Assembly (NCBI GenBank): GCA_012295275.1
Contig: CM022665.1
Location: 38,626,001-38,690,000, forward strand
Length of the DNA stretch: 64,000 nucleotides
DNA from: Chrysomallon squamiferum
Taxonomy: Eukaryota; Animalia; Mollusca
Reading direction: 5' to 3'
Part shown: positions 1-14,876 of the stretch, piece after piece
Layout of the letters: each line of letters starts with the position of its first letter
Numbering within the stretch: the first letter of the stretch is position 1
The notes under the pieces: model-generated
Told to the model about the DNA's origin: nothing
What the model saw: only the letters and a program-made list of their open reading frames with translations
Databases searched by the model: none
Translations under genes and position numbers: made by a program

Positions 1-86
<86 letters not shown>
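1..86. repeat. (CT)n then (CA)n microsatellite
   Basis: Direct reading; truncated by the window start. Confidence 0.95.
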
Positions 87-719
87 AAAAAAATCGTTAT
101 TATCAATATGCTAGCACTGAAAATAAACGTCAAGTGAAACAATTGTGTCTTTAAATAATTGATATTAGCAGCTATATTAACATATATGCACGACTAGCTG
201 AAAACAACGGTTTCATTTAGTGACATGCAGTTATCAATAACCTGGTTTAAACTATAGTTCTTTTACTTTCACTATCATTTATTTATTGGCCAAAAGCTTT
301 GCTGCTCGCCAGAACAAAAGGAAATGCTCTATTGTAATTAGTGTTGCATTAAATGTAATAATTCTGTTTGTTCTGTACGTGCTTAACGTTAGAGTGCGAA
401 AATGTCGAACAACGTCAAAAGATACTAATGTACATTAGACATATATCAATAGTAATTACTGTGTTCTTTCTGCTGCAACTTTTTTTTTTTTCTTTTTTTC
501 TTAAACTTAAAGGCATACGTGGTGGCGGTTATACATTAATTAACAAAACTGTTCTTGTATTTATTTTTGTATTTTTTTCATTATTATGATAATATGTAAA
601 AAAATTAAATTTACATTTATTTATTTATTTAATTATTTTATTATTCCCCCGATGTTATTAATATTGTTGTTGGTGCAAGTTACTTATTTATTTATTAAAT
701 TATAAGATGATCTAATTTT

Positions 720-943
720 CTGTTCAGCAAGGTGGAGCTAAATTTTGAATCCTGTAAGAGAAGCTGAGGGTTTCAGGGTCAAACCTCACAGGTACTCTTA
801 CCTGTCTTTTCACATTGCAGCCAATACTCCTTAAGTAAAAAAAAAAAAAATTTCCACATGGCTGAATATGCTATTTGCTCTTTAGCGGAAAACCATTTCC
901 TTTTCTCAGATAGAATCACTATACAACATCGATAAAAATAAAA

Positions 944-990
<47 letters not shown>

Positions 991-1020
991 AAAAGCGTTG
1001 AGGTGTTGTTAAACAAATAA
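720..1020 (+). mobile_element. Possible decayed SINE interrupted by (TA)n
   Basis: Ends in GCGTTGAGGTGTTGTTAAACAAATAA, similar to SINE tails I recall from molluscan genomes; the interior is degenerate. Confidence 0.25.
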
Positions 1021-1279
1021 TAATTCAATCATTTTTAGCCAGTAATTGTGACGCTGATATATCAATTTATTCATTATTTTACCTTTACCTGTGACAATGA
1101 TTTATTTTTTCACCCGTCAGCTGTTTGTACAACACGGCATAAATTTACCTTATCTGAAGCAATCACTGATTGCGACCAAGATTCCGTCTCTACTCGTCTG
1201 TGAAAAAAAAGAAGAAAAAAGGCAAGTAATAACCCAAAATACATAAAATTTATTATAAATGTTTAGGGAGTTATGAAAG

Positions 1280-1660
1280 CGCATGGAGTCCAGATTGCTC
1301 GGGGCCTTCCGGGTTTTGTTTGATTTCTGCAACTGAACCTATAATTTGGCCAATCCGTGGCGAAAACGCGGACCGGACGATACTGATCAAGCTGCCAATT
1401 AAGTCGATGCAATCAAAAGTTCATAAATGTGGGCTATCAGCAACAACCGTGGCCAGCCCTCCCTGTAACCTGACATTAGGTCATCCGTTCGTCCAATGAC
1501 CCGGGGCTATTTTAATTACACCAGGGATTCGGTGACAGAGGGAGCATGACTCACGTGTTCGTGCACGTGCGTGAATTTTTGAATTCCTTTTTTTTTTTTT
1601 TTTTTTTTTTTTCCGCTCTCCACCGGTTTCACCATATTCGTCATCGACGGTGGCCGGTTT
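1280..1660. promoter_or_regulatory. CpG-rich promoter/enhancer-like island
   Basis: Three CCAAT (1350, 1395, 1493), an ETS-like CTTCCGG (~1306), an overlapping AP-1/E-box TGACTCACGTG (1547-1557) and a second CACGTG (1564-1569). Confidence 0.4.
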
Positions 1661-1743
1661 TTTTTATTAAAAAAACCATTAAAAAAAAAAAAAAAATGTA
1701 GGTATGGTTGTTGATATTAGCCGATTTTAAAAATAAAATAAAA

Positions 1744-1783
<40 letters not shown>

Positions 1784-1904
1784 GATAATAATAATAAGAA
1801 GAAGAAGAAGAAGAAGAAAATAAAGAAAGAAAATAAGAAAAGAAAATTATTATCGTTTTGTTTTTCTATAGGTCAAACAAAATAAAACAAATTTACTGAT
1901 AGAT

Positions 1905-2069
1905 AAATACATACATACAAAAATACATACATACATACAAAAATACATACATACATACATACATACACACATACACACATACATACATACATACATACAT
2001 ACATACATACACATACATACATACATACACATACATACATACATACACATACATACATACATACACACA

Positions 2070-2103
<34 letters not shown>

Positions 2104-2135
2104 CATAAACACACACACACACTTACACACACATA
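1905..2135. repeat. (TACA)n/(CA)n compound microsatellite
   Basis: Direct reading; explains the MYVC-repeat ORFs. Confidence 0.95.
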
Positions 2136-3482
2136 CAAAAAATATATATATATAATAAACATACAGCTAGCATGAACAATGGCAAACTGTTGTCTAATTT
2201 CCGTTCCGCAGTATGACTCAAATACGACACTGAATGAGAATAATACAAAGCTTTATTTTCAATTATATAATATTTTATAACTTTTATTATTTATTCTTAC
2301 AAATACACACCTTTTTTTACATCAAACTGAATCATATGCACTTCTGTAATAAGTTATTATAGACAAATACAAATATTTATTATTCAGTAAAAGGTTATAA
2401 TACAGTAGATTAGTATTATGTTTTTAATCACAGAGGTAAAATTTTCTGTTTGTGTATAGTAAGGGACAGAATGTTTTCAATCGATGCGTTTTATTTATCT
2501 TACGTAACTGGACATTTTGACTATAATATATCAGCTGGAACTGAAATAGAATATGTAGAATTTGTTTTTTATGTCTATATCTGACTATCTATCATCTATA
2601 TATCTATCCATTTATTTGTCTATCTGCCTATATGTCTGTTTGTTTGAATGCATGTATGTAAGTTTATCTAAACATCTTCATTATTTATTTATTTATTTGT
2701 TTGTTTATTTGTTTTTATCAATAACACTGCAGATCCAACATGTAATGAAAGAGCCTGATCATTTCGGCGATGACTGGAAATATTAATTTATAATAAGTAT
2801 TGTGACTGAACGGATTACTAATGCATTGTCATTCTGCTGACTGGCAATTATTATGAATGATTATCTCAGAATGACAAATAGAATCGGCTGTGTATTCACG
2901 TGATTCATTCGACATGAAGTGATCAGCGATAACCAGTCACAGAGAAGATTTGTATGAGAAGGCGTGGCTAATGTTACGTTTTCACTTTGAGATTTCAAGT
3001 CTTGTGCTGTTGGCTAAGAAGTGGATTAATAATTATTTGAATGATAAAATAAAATAAAATAAAATAAAATATAATAAATTAAAATAAAATAAAATAAAAT
3101 AAAATAACATAAAATAATGAACTTGAAATAAAACAAAGCAACATAAATTAAAATATTAATTAAAATAAAAAATTAAAATAAAACCCCCCTAAATCCAAAT
3201 AAAATGCAATAAACCTGAATAAACAAAATGTAAAGAAAATAAGATAAAATAATAATTAAAAAAACAGCAACGACAATACAATAAAATAAATGGGATTTCA
3301 ATATTCATATATATCTTAATATACGATAAAGCAAAACATTAATAAATTTAAGAGATAAAGTTAAGGTTCATTAAAAGCAAACCTGAAACAAGAAATGGCA
3401 CCACTGTAAAAAAAAAAAATAATAATAATAATAATCATCATCATAAAAACTACTACAAAAAAATAAATAAAATAAAATAAAA

Positions 3483-3525
<43 letters not shown>

Positions 3526-5107
3526 AGAAATAAAGAAAATAACTAAAAGAAAAGAAAATACAAACAAAAATGAATACAAAAAAAAAAAAAAAAAAGAGAG
3601 AAAACAAATGTCGAAATACATGACGTTGTTAATTAACGTTCTATAATATTTCATTTTATACTTTTTAAAACATCTAAAATGAAATTAGAAAACGACTGAC
3701 TAAAAAAACTGTCATTTTACTTCACAACTTTGCATTCAGTGAACATATTCAGTAACACCGTCTAAAATAAAACACTGCAATAATTTTCGGCTTAAACGTT
3801 TTAATTTTATATCTAACGCCATTTGAGTGTTAAAAGTTTCATTTTAGCACTTTTTCTCTTTGCACCCCATAATCGTCTTTTAAAATTCTTTCCTTATCCT
3901 TTTTCTCTCTTCTTCTTTCTTTTTGTGTTTTCCGAAACTTGATAATTGCGTTATGATGTTTGCTCCAATGAACAAACCTTTTCACACAATACAAGACCCT
4001 TCGTTTGTCTTTTTTGAGGGGAGCAAAAAATTCTATTTGAAGTCGGTACCCCCTTTTGGCTCATTTCACGACAACCATGACTAAGAAAAAGCATGAGTCA
4101 CTCGCTGTCTTTTGTCACTGGCCCAATTTGTGGAATCCCCTCGCAGAAGTGAACATTTGACAGTGAAAATTTTGATGACTCCAATATTTCTCATATTTTA
4201 GTTTCTTTTGTCAGCTTCATGTAAAAGAGGCTCGTGAAAAACCTCGTTGATTGTTTCAATTGTTTAAAAGAAGCCGCCTAAGTTTCGTCCGATTATAACG
4301 AGACTATGAAATCTCGGCCGAAGTAACGTGACTTCGCGACTTTGTGGGTGAATGAGATGTTTTAATCTGAATGGAAAAATGCGCAGCTGCCATTTGTTTT
4401 CGAAAGTTTTTAATTTCTTTTATTTTCCGAAATTAAAAAGGAATCAGTTTTATTCTGTTCATAAGTTTTAATTATTATTATTTTTAAAATGTACTCAAAT
4501 TTCAAACTCCTTTTTAAGTAAATTCATGCTTAACAACTTTACATTGTTGTTGCTGTTGTTCTTCTTTTTCTTCTTCTTCTTCTTCTTCTTCGTACTAGTA
4601 ATAGTAGTAGTAGTAGTACTAGTAATTGTTGTTGTTGCGTCATAAAATAGAATATCCATCACATTAACAATATGTTAACATAAGTAAATACAATGTTTAT
4701 AAATTATATATCATATGTATTTTATTTCTTTTCACATAAACTAATAAATGCAAACACACAAACAAATAAATAAACAAATATACGAATAAGTAAATCAATA
4801 AATGAGTGAGTGAATGAATGAATGAATATATAAATAAATAAAGTACGTCAGGGGACATAACGAATGCAAAATCAAACTTCTGGCTCAAATGATTGATGAG
4901 GGGGTCATGGTATGTTGCAGAATTGCAGTGTTAAGTTCATTACACATAATAATTTATATTAAGCATGATTGTTCTGTCGTTATTTATACATACACATGCA
5001 AGCATGAGCTTGCGTACTTGTTGAAAATGAAATAGTCAACAGTGTTGTTGATGATGGTGATAATTATAATAAATAAAAATTTAAAAAGTTGGAAAAGTAA
5101 AGTAAAA

Positions 5108-5142
<35 letters not shown>

Positions 5143-6400
5143 AACGAGATCATAATAGTGAAAATAAAATACAGATGAATGTGAAAAGTATGTTCACTTT
5201 GTTCAAGGAAATATTTGATGAGAATTGTTTACTTATGATGTCATCCTCCGGAACGTGATTTCACTGGGTTACTGTGGCTGCTGGTTCACTGGAAATAGGC
5301 CGTGATCCGTTTAAAGAAACCAGGAAGGGAGTCGACGTGAAGAAAAAAAAAACCCACAAAAGATACATGATTAAAAAAGTATTAGTCATTGTACATTCCG
5401 ATCCATTTTTTTTTTTTTTTTTTTCGTTTCATTTTGAATATTTCCCTAATTTTCTTTTTCTTTGTAATTAATACGTTCCTTTTGGTAATATGACAATTAA
5501 AGTGAATTCAGTTTTTTTTTTTTTTTTTTTTTTTTTAATTTTGTAAATTATAAAATTCAGGTAACAAATTGGACTTGAAAAACTTACTATGGAGTCACGT
5601 GGATTTTGAAACTGACATCATTGCCATGGAAAAAAAACAAAAAAAACATCCATGAACGTGCGACAAAACGCGGTTGCAGGCACGTGCAGAAGATGGATTG
5701 TTGTTTTTCTTTTAAATGAGCACTTAGTCACTGACAGCTAGTTATTTTATTGTTAGCAATAAAAATAGTTTTAACTTTACAGACCTGCTGTTACGTAATT
5801 TCCTTCAACTGTTACAAGTTTCGTTTTAAATGTAACTGTATATACTGAAACTAACTCTCTCTCTCTGAGAAAAAAATAAAATAAAAAACTGGAAGAAGAA
5901 GAAGAAGGAGAAAATAATCAGAAAATAATTTTTTTTATTTTATGATTTTTTTCGATCATAAACTTTCGATTATAAATGTATACTTGTAGACATTTCACTT
6001 TTTTCCTTCTTTAATTGAATCAATATCATTATTGTATTGTTGTTGCTACTGTAATAATATTAATAATAACAACAACAACAATAATAATGATAATAATAAT
6101 AATAATAATAATTATTATTATTATTAATCGTTTTCTTTCTTCATGTTTCAAAATGTCTAACATTCATTGCAAAACGGCTACAAAGGAAAAAGAAAAAGAT
6201 GGGAGAAAACAGACAGAGAGAGAGAGAAAGAAAGAAAGAAAACCAAAGATAAATTGAAGACCGTTTTAAAGAATTCATTTTAATAATTACCATTCATCAA
6301 AGAACACTTTTAACTCTTTTCTATCGACAAAAACCCCCCACAAAACACAAACAGAAGAGTCAAGCATTTAAAAGTTGTCCTGATAACACTATTTCTAAGA

Positions 6401-6435
<35 letters not shown>

Positions 6436-6609
6436 CTTTTTTTTTAATTCTACACTTTGGATAACTTTAAAAAAAAAAAAAATAAAAAAAATAAAATTTA
6501 AACAGTTACGTGTCAGCAACTTTAGAAGACCCAGCTTGTTTGAGTCCACCATCACTCCTTCTATTCTAAGCTAAAATTTCCCCCTCCTTCTCAAAGGGTG
6601 CACGATTAG

Positions 6610-6679
<70 letters not shown>

Positions 6680-7787
6680 TTCTTTCGCTGAATTAAAGAA
6701 CCGAATGAAATTTTACAGCAACCATTTTAAAACAATAGAACGAATGAGGGACGGGCTGCGTTAACAATGCTGTGAGTCACTTTCCCTAATTAGTCATCAG
6801 CGCTGGACCTAATGGGGGCAGGGAAGTTGGAAACTCCAATCCAAGACAATGGGTGTTCCCGAGACAGAGGGAGAAACGGGTCAGCAAGAAAAACAAAGTA
6901 GTCGACACGAGGCTAAAGATTAAAGTAACAGAGTAATCTAGGCACAGATGTTAGTCGAAATAATATCTCATCAGGCGAATCACTCTTCAGAGTGACAGAA
7001 GCCAGATTTTTATATTTTGAAAACAAATGGGGAGAAAAAAAATTGGATAAAAAAAAAAAAAAGTTTGAACGAGAATTAAAAACTAAGTATGCAAAAGATC
7101 ATTTTAAAAGTTTTAAAATACGGAGTTTGAAAATATAATAATAAAAGAAATAATAGAAATATAAATATGATAAGTATTTGAAGTAAATTAATAAGAAACT
7201 AAACATAAGTTAGGAAAATAAGAACAACAGCAGCAGCAGCAGCAGCAAACAACAACAGCAACAATAACAACAACAAATGATCAATACTTTTCTACGGCTA
7301 ACAAATAAATAAATAAATAAATATTTTAAAGAATTGCAACTCGAAACGAGTTAAAATAAAAATAAAATTTTGCCAGAATTTATTTATTTATTTATTTCAA
7401 CATCAAAAAACAAATGTAAAATACATTTTACACTGTTAATGTATATTATTTATTTCAACTGACTGTTACTAATCGAAATTGAAAGAAAAAAAAAAAAAAA
7501 AACCGTTATTTTGTAATCGAAAGTGAAATCAAATATGTTTTCGAAACTAAAATATTGATATTTTTAGCCCACGTGGTGACTTCAGGTGAATTAATAAGGT
7601 GGTGACTCAAACGAAGTAACGGTAAATGGTGTACGTTGCTAATCAATTTCAAGGACGTATTCTTTGACATCGTAAAGTGTAAGCAGTTATCTCAGATCAT
7701 TTTAACTAAATATTTATTGGCGAAAATATTAGGTTACTGCTTTTGACTTTTTTTTTTTTTTTGGAAATATCCGAAATATTGACTGAT

Positions 7788-7822
<35 letters not shown>

Positions 7823-9550
7823 TAATAATATTTTCATTTACTCAGTATTTATTTTATTTTATTTCATTTTATTTGTTTTATATTTAAAACGGATTTATTT
7901 ACTATTTATTTATTTATTTGTTTATTTATTTATTTTTAACTTTTTAAGGAAACTGAAATTCCTAAAAATAGCTGTCTATTCCGAAACAACATTATCATCG
8001 CCAAATATACCGAGAACAAGGAAAACGAAAGACACCAAAATAATTAAGTAGACGAATATATATGATTTATTAATATTTATAAACTAAACATACATATACT
8101 CACAGAGAAAAACGATTTTTTGAAAATCTATTACAATCATCAACAACAACAACAACAACAACAGCTGCGACAAACCCATGTTTCAAAGCAACGAAATTAC
8201 GTAAAATATTCAAAAATTAAATTAACATTAATCGTTGAATAAAAGAAAAAGAAAAGAAAAAAAAAAAAAAAAAAAAGAGATAAATATTAAATATATACCT
8301 TAAAAAATTATCCGTTTTAATAATTAAATGCTTCAGAAATTTAAAAACTTTAAAATCTAAATGAAAGTAAAATTAATAATTCCTTTACTTTGAAATATAA
8401 CTGCTGCAATCGAACTCTCATTAATTATTTCTGGCGAATTTAACACCACAGTCATATCTGTGTATATTTTAGTTTAAAGTCGTTCAGTTTCAAAACTGAC
8501 AAAAGATGTGTATTATAATTTATTAAACGATGTGTTTGACAAATACGGTTTCTTGTGGCGCGCAAATCTAACAAAGAAATATTGTTTTGCTTTGTTGGAG
8601 GTTTTTTTTTAAAAAGAATAATTGTCAGAGAAATTCAGTTATGTTCATTTTTTATTAAAAATGTATATTGTTTGTTTTGTTTTTTTTATATTTTTTTAAT
8701 CTTTTTTTTTTTTTTATTTCTTTAAGATCAGCCATGTTTTATTAAATTTGATTTCTTTTCTTTTCTCTTTTTTTTTTTTTTTTAATCTTAACTAGTTTCT
8801 AAAAGCTTTAATAATAATTCCAGTTTTGTGATCGAAATGTTCGAAGAATTTGTTTTATTTTAATTAATTACTTTATTTATTTTATATTAATATTAAATTT
8901 AAAAAAAAAAAAAAAAAAAAAAAGAACAAAATTTGATATTTTTAACTATTTCATTCATGTTTGTTTTTATTAATTATTGCTCAAGGAAATTTGTAATTTA
9001 TATTATCGAAAAAAGATACAAAATCTATAAATAATAATAATAAATCATTTACTGTGTAGTCTAGCTATAATTTTATTAAAAGTAAATGCTGTATTACGTT
9101 TCTCGTTTTTTTCTCTCTTTTTTTTCTTCTTCTTCTTCTTCTTTATTTCAGCCTAAAGTCTTTATTTTAAATTATTCTAAACACTTTTTTTTTTCTTTTT
9201 TTTTTCTATTAAAATAGATTACCTATAACACTGTTAATTAGTTATGATTCAGGACACCGTGTACCTATAATTACCTTATAAATCAAAGAACGTATTTCAT
9301 TTCTTTATTAACACAAACCTTTATTCTTTCAATGAGTTTATGGTCACGTCGTTTTTTTCCCAGGTAATAGCGATGACACATCGCTTATGAGATACGATCT
9401 CATAATGATCGACAAAGCCAGGCAAAATATTAAATGAGCCACCTTTTCATATTGTAATCACGTAGAAACAATGCCTGTTGCTGGCGAGTCAATACCATAA
9501 AAACAATGAAGATTTTGGGAAGAAATCAATATTTTTACTCAGGTCTCCTT

Positions 9551-9581
<31 letters not shown>

Positions 9582-9833
9582 TTGTTGGGTTTTTTTTTTT
9601 CTCTCTTTCCTCGAGGTGCTCAGTGTTTAAGCGCGACACACCTGGCCCAGTGAGTCATACCCTGTACATAAAGAGAGGAGACGACACAAGCACCTTGTCG
9701 AACACCACACGCTATTAACGTTTCAGGTAGAAAAAAAAAAAAAATCAACGCAGGGGTTTTCTCAAAGACGTTTTGTTGACATTAATTTTTTTTTTTTTTA
9801 TCGATTACTGTTTATGAGTGATGGGAGGATTGG

Positions 9834-9867
<34 letters not shown>

Positions 9868-10304
9868 TATAATAATTTTGTATAAAAAAATTTCTTAGCC
9901 ATATTTTTTATTTAGTAAATTTTGTTATTTTTGAAATTATAAATATAAAAAATAAAAAAAGAAAGAAAGAAATACTTATACAATGCATTTTAATATTACT
10001 TATATAAATTTGTGAAAAATCAAAATATATAACTTAATTGTTAGACAAGATCTTATTTCTTCGATTACTTTTCGAATGGAGTTTAAATATCGCTAAATTC
10101 AGTTATTTACACTGAAACGCCGACTGAAATTTTTAAGCGGTGTTTTAAAAAGCACTGAACGCTCATATAGGTGTAAAACTGATTAAGTTAATTGAATAGT
10201 TCAAACATTTGTCTCTCTTAACTCCCACTGTAATGAATGAATGATGATTTGCTTAGCTCACACAATACAGATAACTCACTTTATTTTAAAATTAATAACA
10301 TTTT

Positions 10305-10382
<78 letters not shown>

Positions 10383-11032
10383 GTTATTGAACAAAACTGC
10401 AAAGGATATTTGAAAACAACCGAAAATGCCGTGCCCATTTCGAGCATAAGATTCAATAAGCAATAAAGAAATTTGTTTTTCTCCAGTTAGTCAACTAAAT
10501 TCGTGCCTCCACTTCCCAGCCAACTTTATCTTCTTTAATTTTACCCTAACTCGCCAACGGTCAGCTTATTTTAATCACTTTGTCCACGACAGGGTCCGTT
10601 AGTAAAATTTTACGTTGCATGTCTAAGTTAAGATCGTGACCAAGTCATCTCCACCACTTTTCGTTTCGCTTAATATACGACACATTGCCCGAGGTTGGTC
10701 CAGGAATGAACGTGTCTAAACCCTAATTGGATGAAATTAATAGAGTTTGGCATTGTGTGGTGAACGGTTTTGCTTCATTCAGTTTCTTATATATTACCTT
10801 TAGAGGATTTTCATAATTAGGTAAATAAAAGTTAAGAAATCGCCTTCAGGAAAATAATGAATAATTCGAAACTTTTTCGAATTAAAATATCATAAAATTG
10901 GTCCTTTGTTCGTGGGTTTTTGTTCAGGAACATGTTGAGTAATGATGATGATGATGATGGTGATGGTGATGATGATGATGATGATAATAATGAGTTTAGA
11001 AAGTAAATTTATTTTTAATTAATCTAATTTAT

Positions 11033-11300
<268 letters not shown>

Positions 11301-11400
11301 TCTCTTTTCTATCCTGTGTGTATCTGTTTATCTGTTTCGATAAATAAATAAACAACAATAATATTTTTCAAAATAACACTATTTGTTTTCGATTAATCTC

Positions 11401-11433
<33 letters not shown>

Positions 11434-12125
11434 AAACAACAACAACAAATAAACAACAGAAAAACCAGTAATTGATTTATTTTGTTTTATTTTACAAATT
11501 CGTTCACCAGCATGTACTGTAACAATTATTATATTTATTAGGACAACAACTAACTCAGGATATTCAAACCAATACGATCAGTCGACCGTGAACAAAGCGA
11601 CAGCAAATTTTCTGAGCACTATGAGTCAGTCCCTGTACCAATGAACACACACACCTGTCGCCCGTCCCACAAAATGGATTGTCGCGTGCCTGCAAGTCAC
11701 GTGCCGGGTACATCATATGCACCATTACTTAGAAGAATAAAAGTGTTTGTCATATGTGCTATTTTATGTGTGGTGTGTCATGGGGCTTTGTTTCGTGTTT
11801 TTTTTAAATTGTTTTTTTTATTACTTTTAAAACTTTTCTTTTGTTGTCATTTTTATATTTCCCATTCGTCTGTCTTTACATTCTCTTCATAGACTCTTTT
11901 TTTTTTTTCTTTCTGTTTGAGTTTTCTTTCATTCTCTGTCCCCATATTTCTTTGTATCTCTCCCTCTTCCAATGTCTGCTATTTTCTTCCTTTTTTTTTT
12001 TTTTTTTCTTTTCATTCTATCGTTCTTTGCGGTGCGTCTTTCGCTCATTTATTCCGATTCTTTTTCAGTCTGTCTCTCTATCATTCCCTTTATCTCTCTC
12101 TCACTCTGTATGCATGTATATATGC

Positions 12126-12169
<44 letters not shown>

Positions 12170-12201
12170 ATATGTCTGTGTGTGTGTTATAAAAAACATT
12201 T

Positions 12202-12239
<38 letters not shown>

Positions 12240-13003
12240 CCTCGCATCCCCCCCCATTCCCAGATCTCTCCCGTATCTCTTTGTTTTCTTTTGAGGACGC
12301 CATGAAAAAATTATTCGTGACTCAAAGCCTCTATATTTGGCCGAAGAATTAAAATCTGTTTTGACACTTTATTATTGTTAATTATTGTTAAGAAAATTTT
12401 GAACTGCAATAATTAATGGCCCCCCTAAAGAATCGACGATCATATTTCTGTGAAAACAAATTCTTGTTGAAAATAAAAAGACAAGTCTCAGAGAGAGGGT
12501 TAAAAAATTAATTATGTTGAAGGAAATTAAAATCAACATGAAAATGATTTTTTAATACAACAGTTTGTTGTTTAGATCACTGATGATCAACATGAGTCAT
12601 GGTTTTGCATTAAAGTTTTGAATTAAAAAAATTACGAAATAGACGATTAAATCATCTTTTATTCATCCTCGCAATTGTGTATAAATAAATTAGAAACAAA
12701 TTAGGATAATTTTAAAATTTTCTTAAATTTGAAGATTGCTTTCTTCTTTGTCAGTTCAAAAGCAGTCAGAGAAACTTTTATTCGTTAAGTAATTTTTTTT
12801 TTTTTTTTTTTTTTTATTTAATCTTTCTCCTGATTTATTTGTTCATTTATTGATTCATTTATTTACGTATTTATTTCTTTTGTAAATTTTGTTATTGTTG
12901 TTGGTGGATGTCCTTTTGTTTCCATTTTCCCCTTTTATTTATTTACTTACTTACTTATTTATTTATTTTTTTATTTTTAGTTTTAATTTTTTTTTTCTTT
13001 GGT

Positions 13004-13046
<43 letters not shown>

Positions 13047-13649
13047 TTTCATTTCATTTCATTTCGATTCTAATTCAGAATTTAACCTTTAAAAAGTAGC
13101 CATTTAAAATAGCTACGACCTCAAAACGAGTTATAGACTAGTAACATAATTTAGTACGCCAAGAACGTAACAGAAGAAAAAAACTTCAACCATACAATTA
13201 CATCTAGAGACCATTAAATATTTATCTTACAGCGTATTTGTTAAGAGTCAAGAAATAAGAAATAATGACAGTTACAGTCAAGCTCGATCAACTCTGAACA
13301 AAATGATTATGTGTTGTTAGTGTTTACTGCTACACGTAGCTTCAGAATTCTATAACAATTATAACTAATTAAGCAAACAAATAAAATAAAGAATAGTTAA
13401 CTCTTGACACTATTGATGCGATTTTTATTATTATTTCTTTAATTTTTAAAAAATTTTTTTATCCCATATAGCTAATACCGTTGACAGTGTAAGAAAGAAA
13501 AAATGAGTTTAAGCCGGCAAATGAAAGTATCGTCATTTTCTTTGTATCTTTCACTGTGTATATTCATACGTTTGTGTATTTACATATTAATACGTAAGTC
13601 TGTATATGTGTATAAGTACATATGTATAAGTAAATATGTGTGTATATAT

Positions 13650-13703
<54 letters not shown>

Positions 13704-14092
13704 ATAATCTATGCAAGATAATTCAGGGCACCAATCCAATTGTTTTTCTCTCGCAATAAAACATTTTACTAAAACAAACAATCAAAAATATTACATATTT
13801 ACCGCAAGATATATCTATAAAATTTAGTAACAAGTTTATATATTTCTAAGTCAAAAATAAAAAAGGAAAATATATAAGAATTGAAAAATTATATTTTTTA
13901 ATATACTTCTATATTTTACTAACAATAATCCGATTTACATTTTCTATATTTCTCTTCATTACTTGAAAGCAGGCAGCTTACAGTATTTGATCCCATTACT
14001 CCCAGTTAATCTCTAAGTCTTTCGTATTCATCAATAGTTTTTCAGCTTAACCTTCAATTCAGTTTTCCTGAGTTCATTTCTCAAACTCGTTT

Positions 14093-14141
<49 letters not shown>

Positions 14142-14832
14142 CTTTCTCTCTCATTTTCGTAATTACTGTAATCCGGATTTTTAGCCCTTGCTTGTTTTTG
14201 TTTTTGTTTTAGTCATCTCATTTTTAAAACAGTTTTAATTGTACTGGAATCTTTTTTTTTTTTTTTTTAACCTTTTTCCTTTGGCTTTATTGATTTGGTC
14301 TTTTAACCGGACATTTTAAATTTGCTTTTTTTTTTTTTTTAAATTTAAAATTTGTTTTTTATCTGTTACTTCTCAGTTTTAATGATAAAAGAGATTTAAC
14401 TTTTTTTTTGTTTCTTTTACAGTTTTCTTTCCTTCATTTTTTCATCATCCTTCCTATCTCATTTTATCTGCCTTTTTTCCTTCGTTTCTTCTTTCTTCCT
14501 TCCTTCCTTCACTTCTTTTATTCTTTCTTTCTATTTTGACATTTCTTTTTTCTTCTTGTTCTTTTACTTTTTTGTTAATTACTTCATTCTTTCTTTCCTT
14601 CACCTTATTTTCTTTTTTCTATTTTTTTTCTTCTTCTATTTTTAAGTTCGTTTCTTTCTTAAATTTTATCGAGTTTTTGTGATCATCACCATCATCATCA
14701 TCATCTTCATCTTCATCATGAGTATTAACATCATTATTTTCGTTACTTTTTCTTATACTTTTCAGCAGTGATCAAACGTGCACGCCGAAGTTCCAGTGAA
14801 TTAATTTTAATGGCGCAGAATACCGCGTACAA

Positions 14833-14876
14833 TCCGCATTCCGCATCCGCATTCCGCATCCGCATCCGCATCCGCA
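14833..14876. repeat. GC-rich tandem repeat (TCCGCA/TTCCGCA) x7
   Basis: Seven TCCGCA units are directly readable, two of them preceded by an extra T. Confidence 0.9.
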
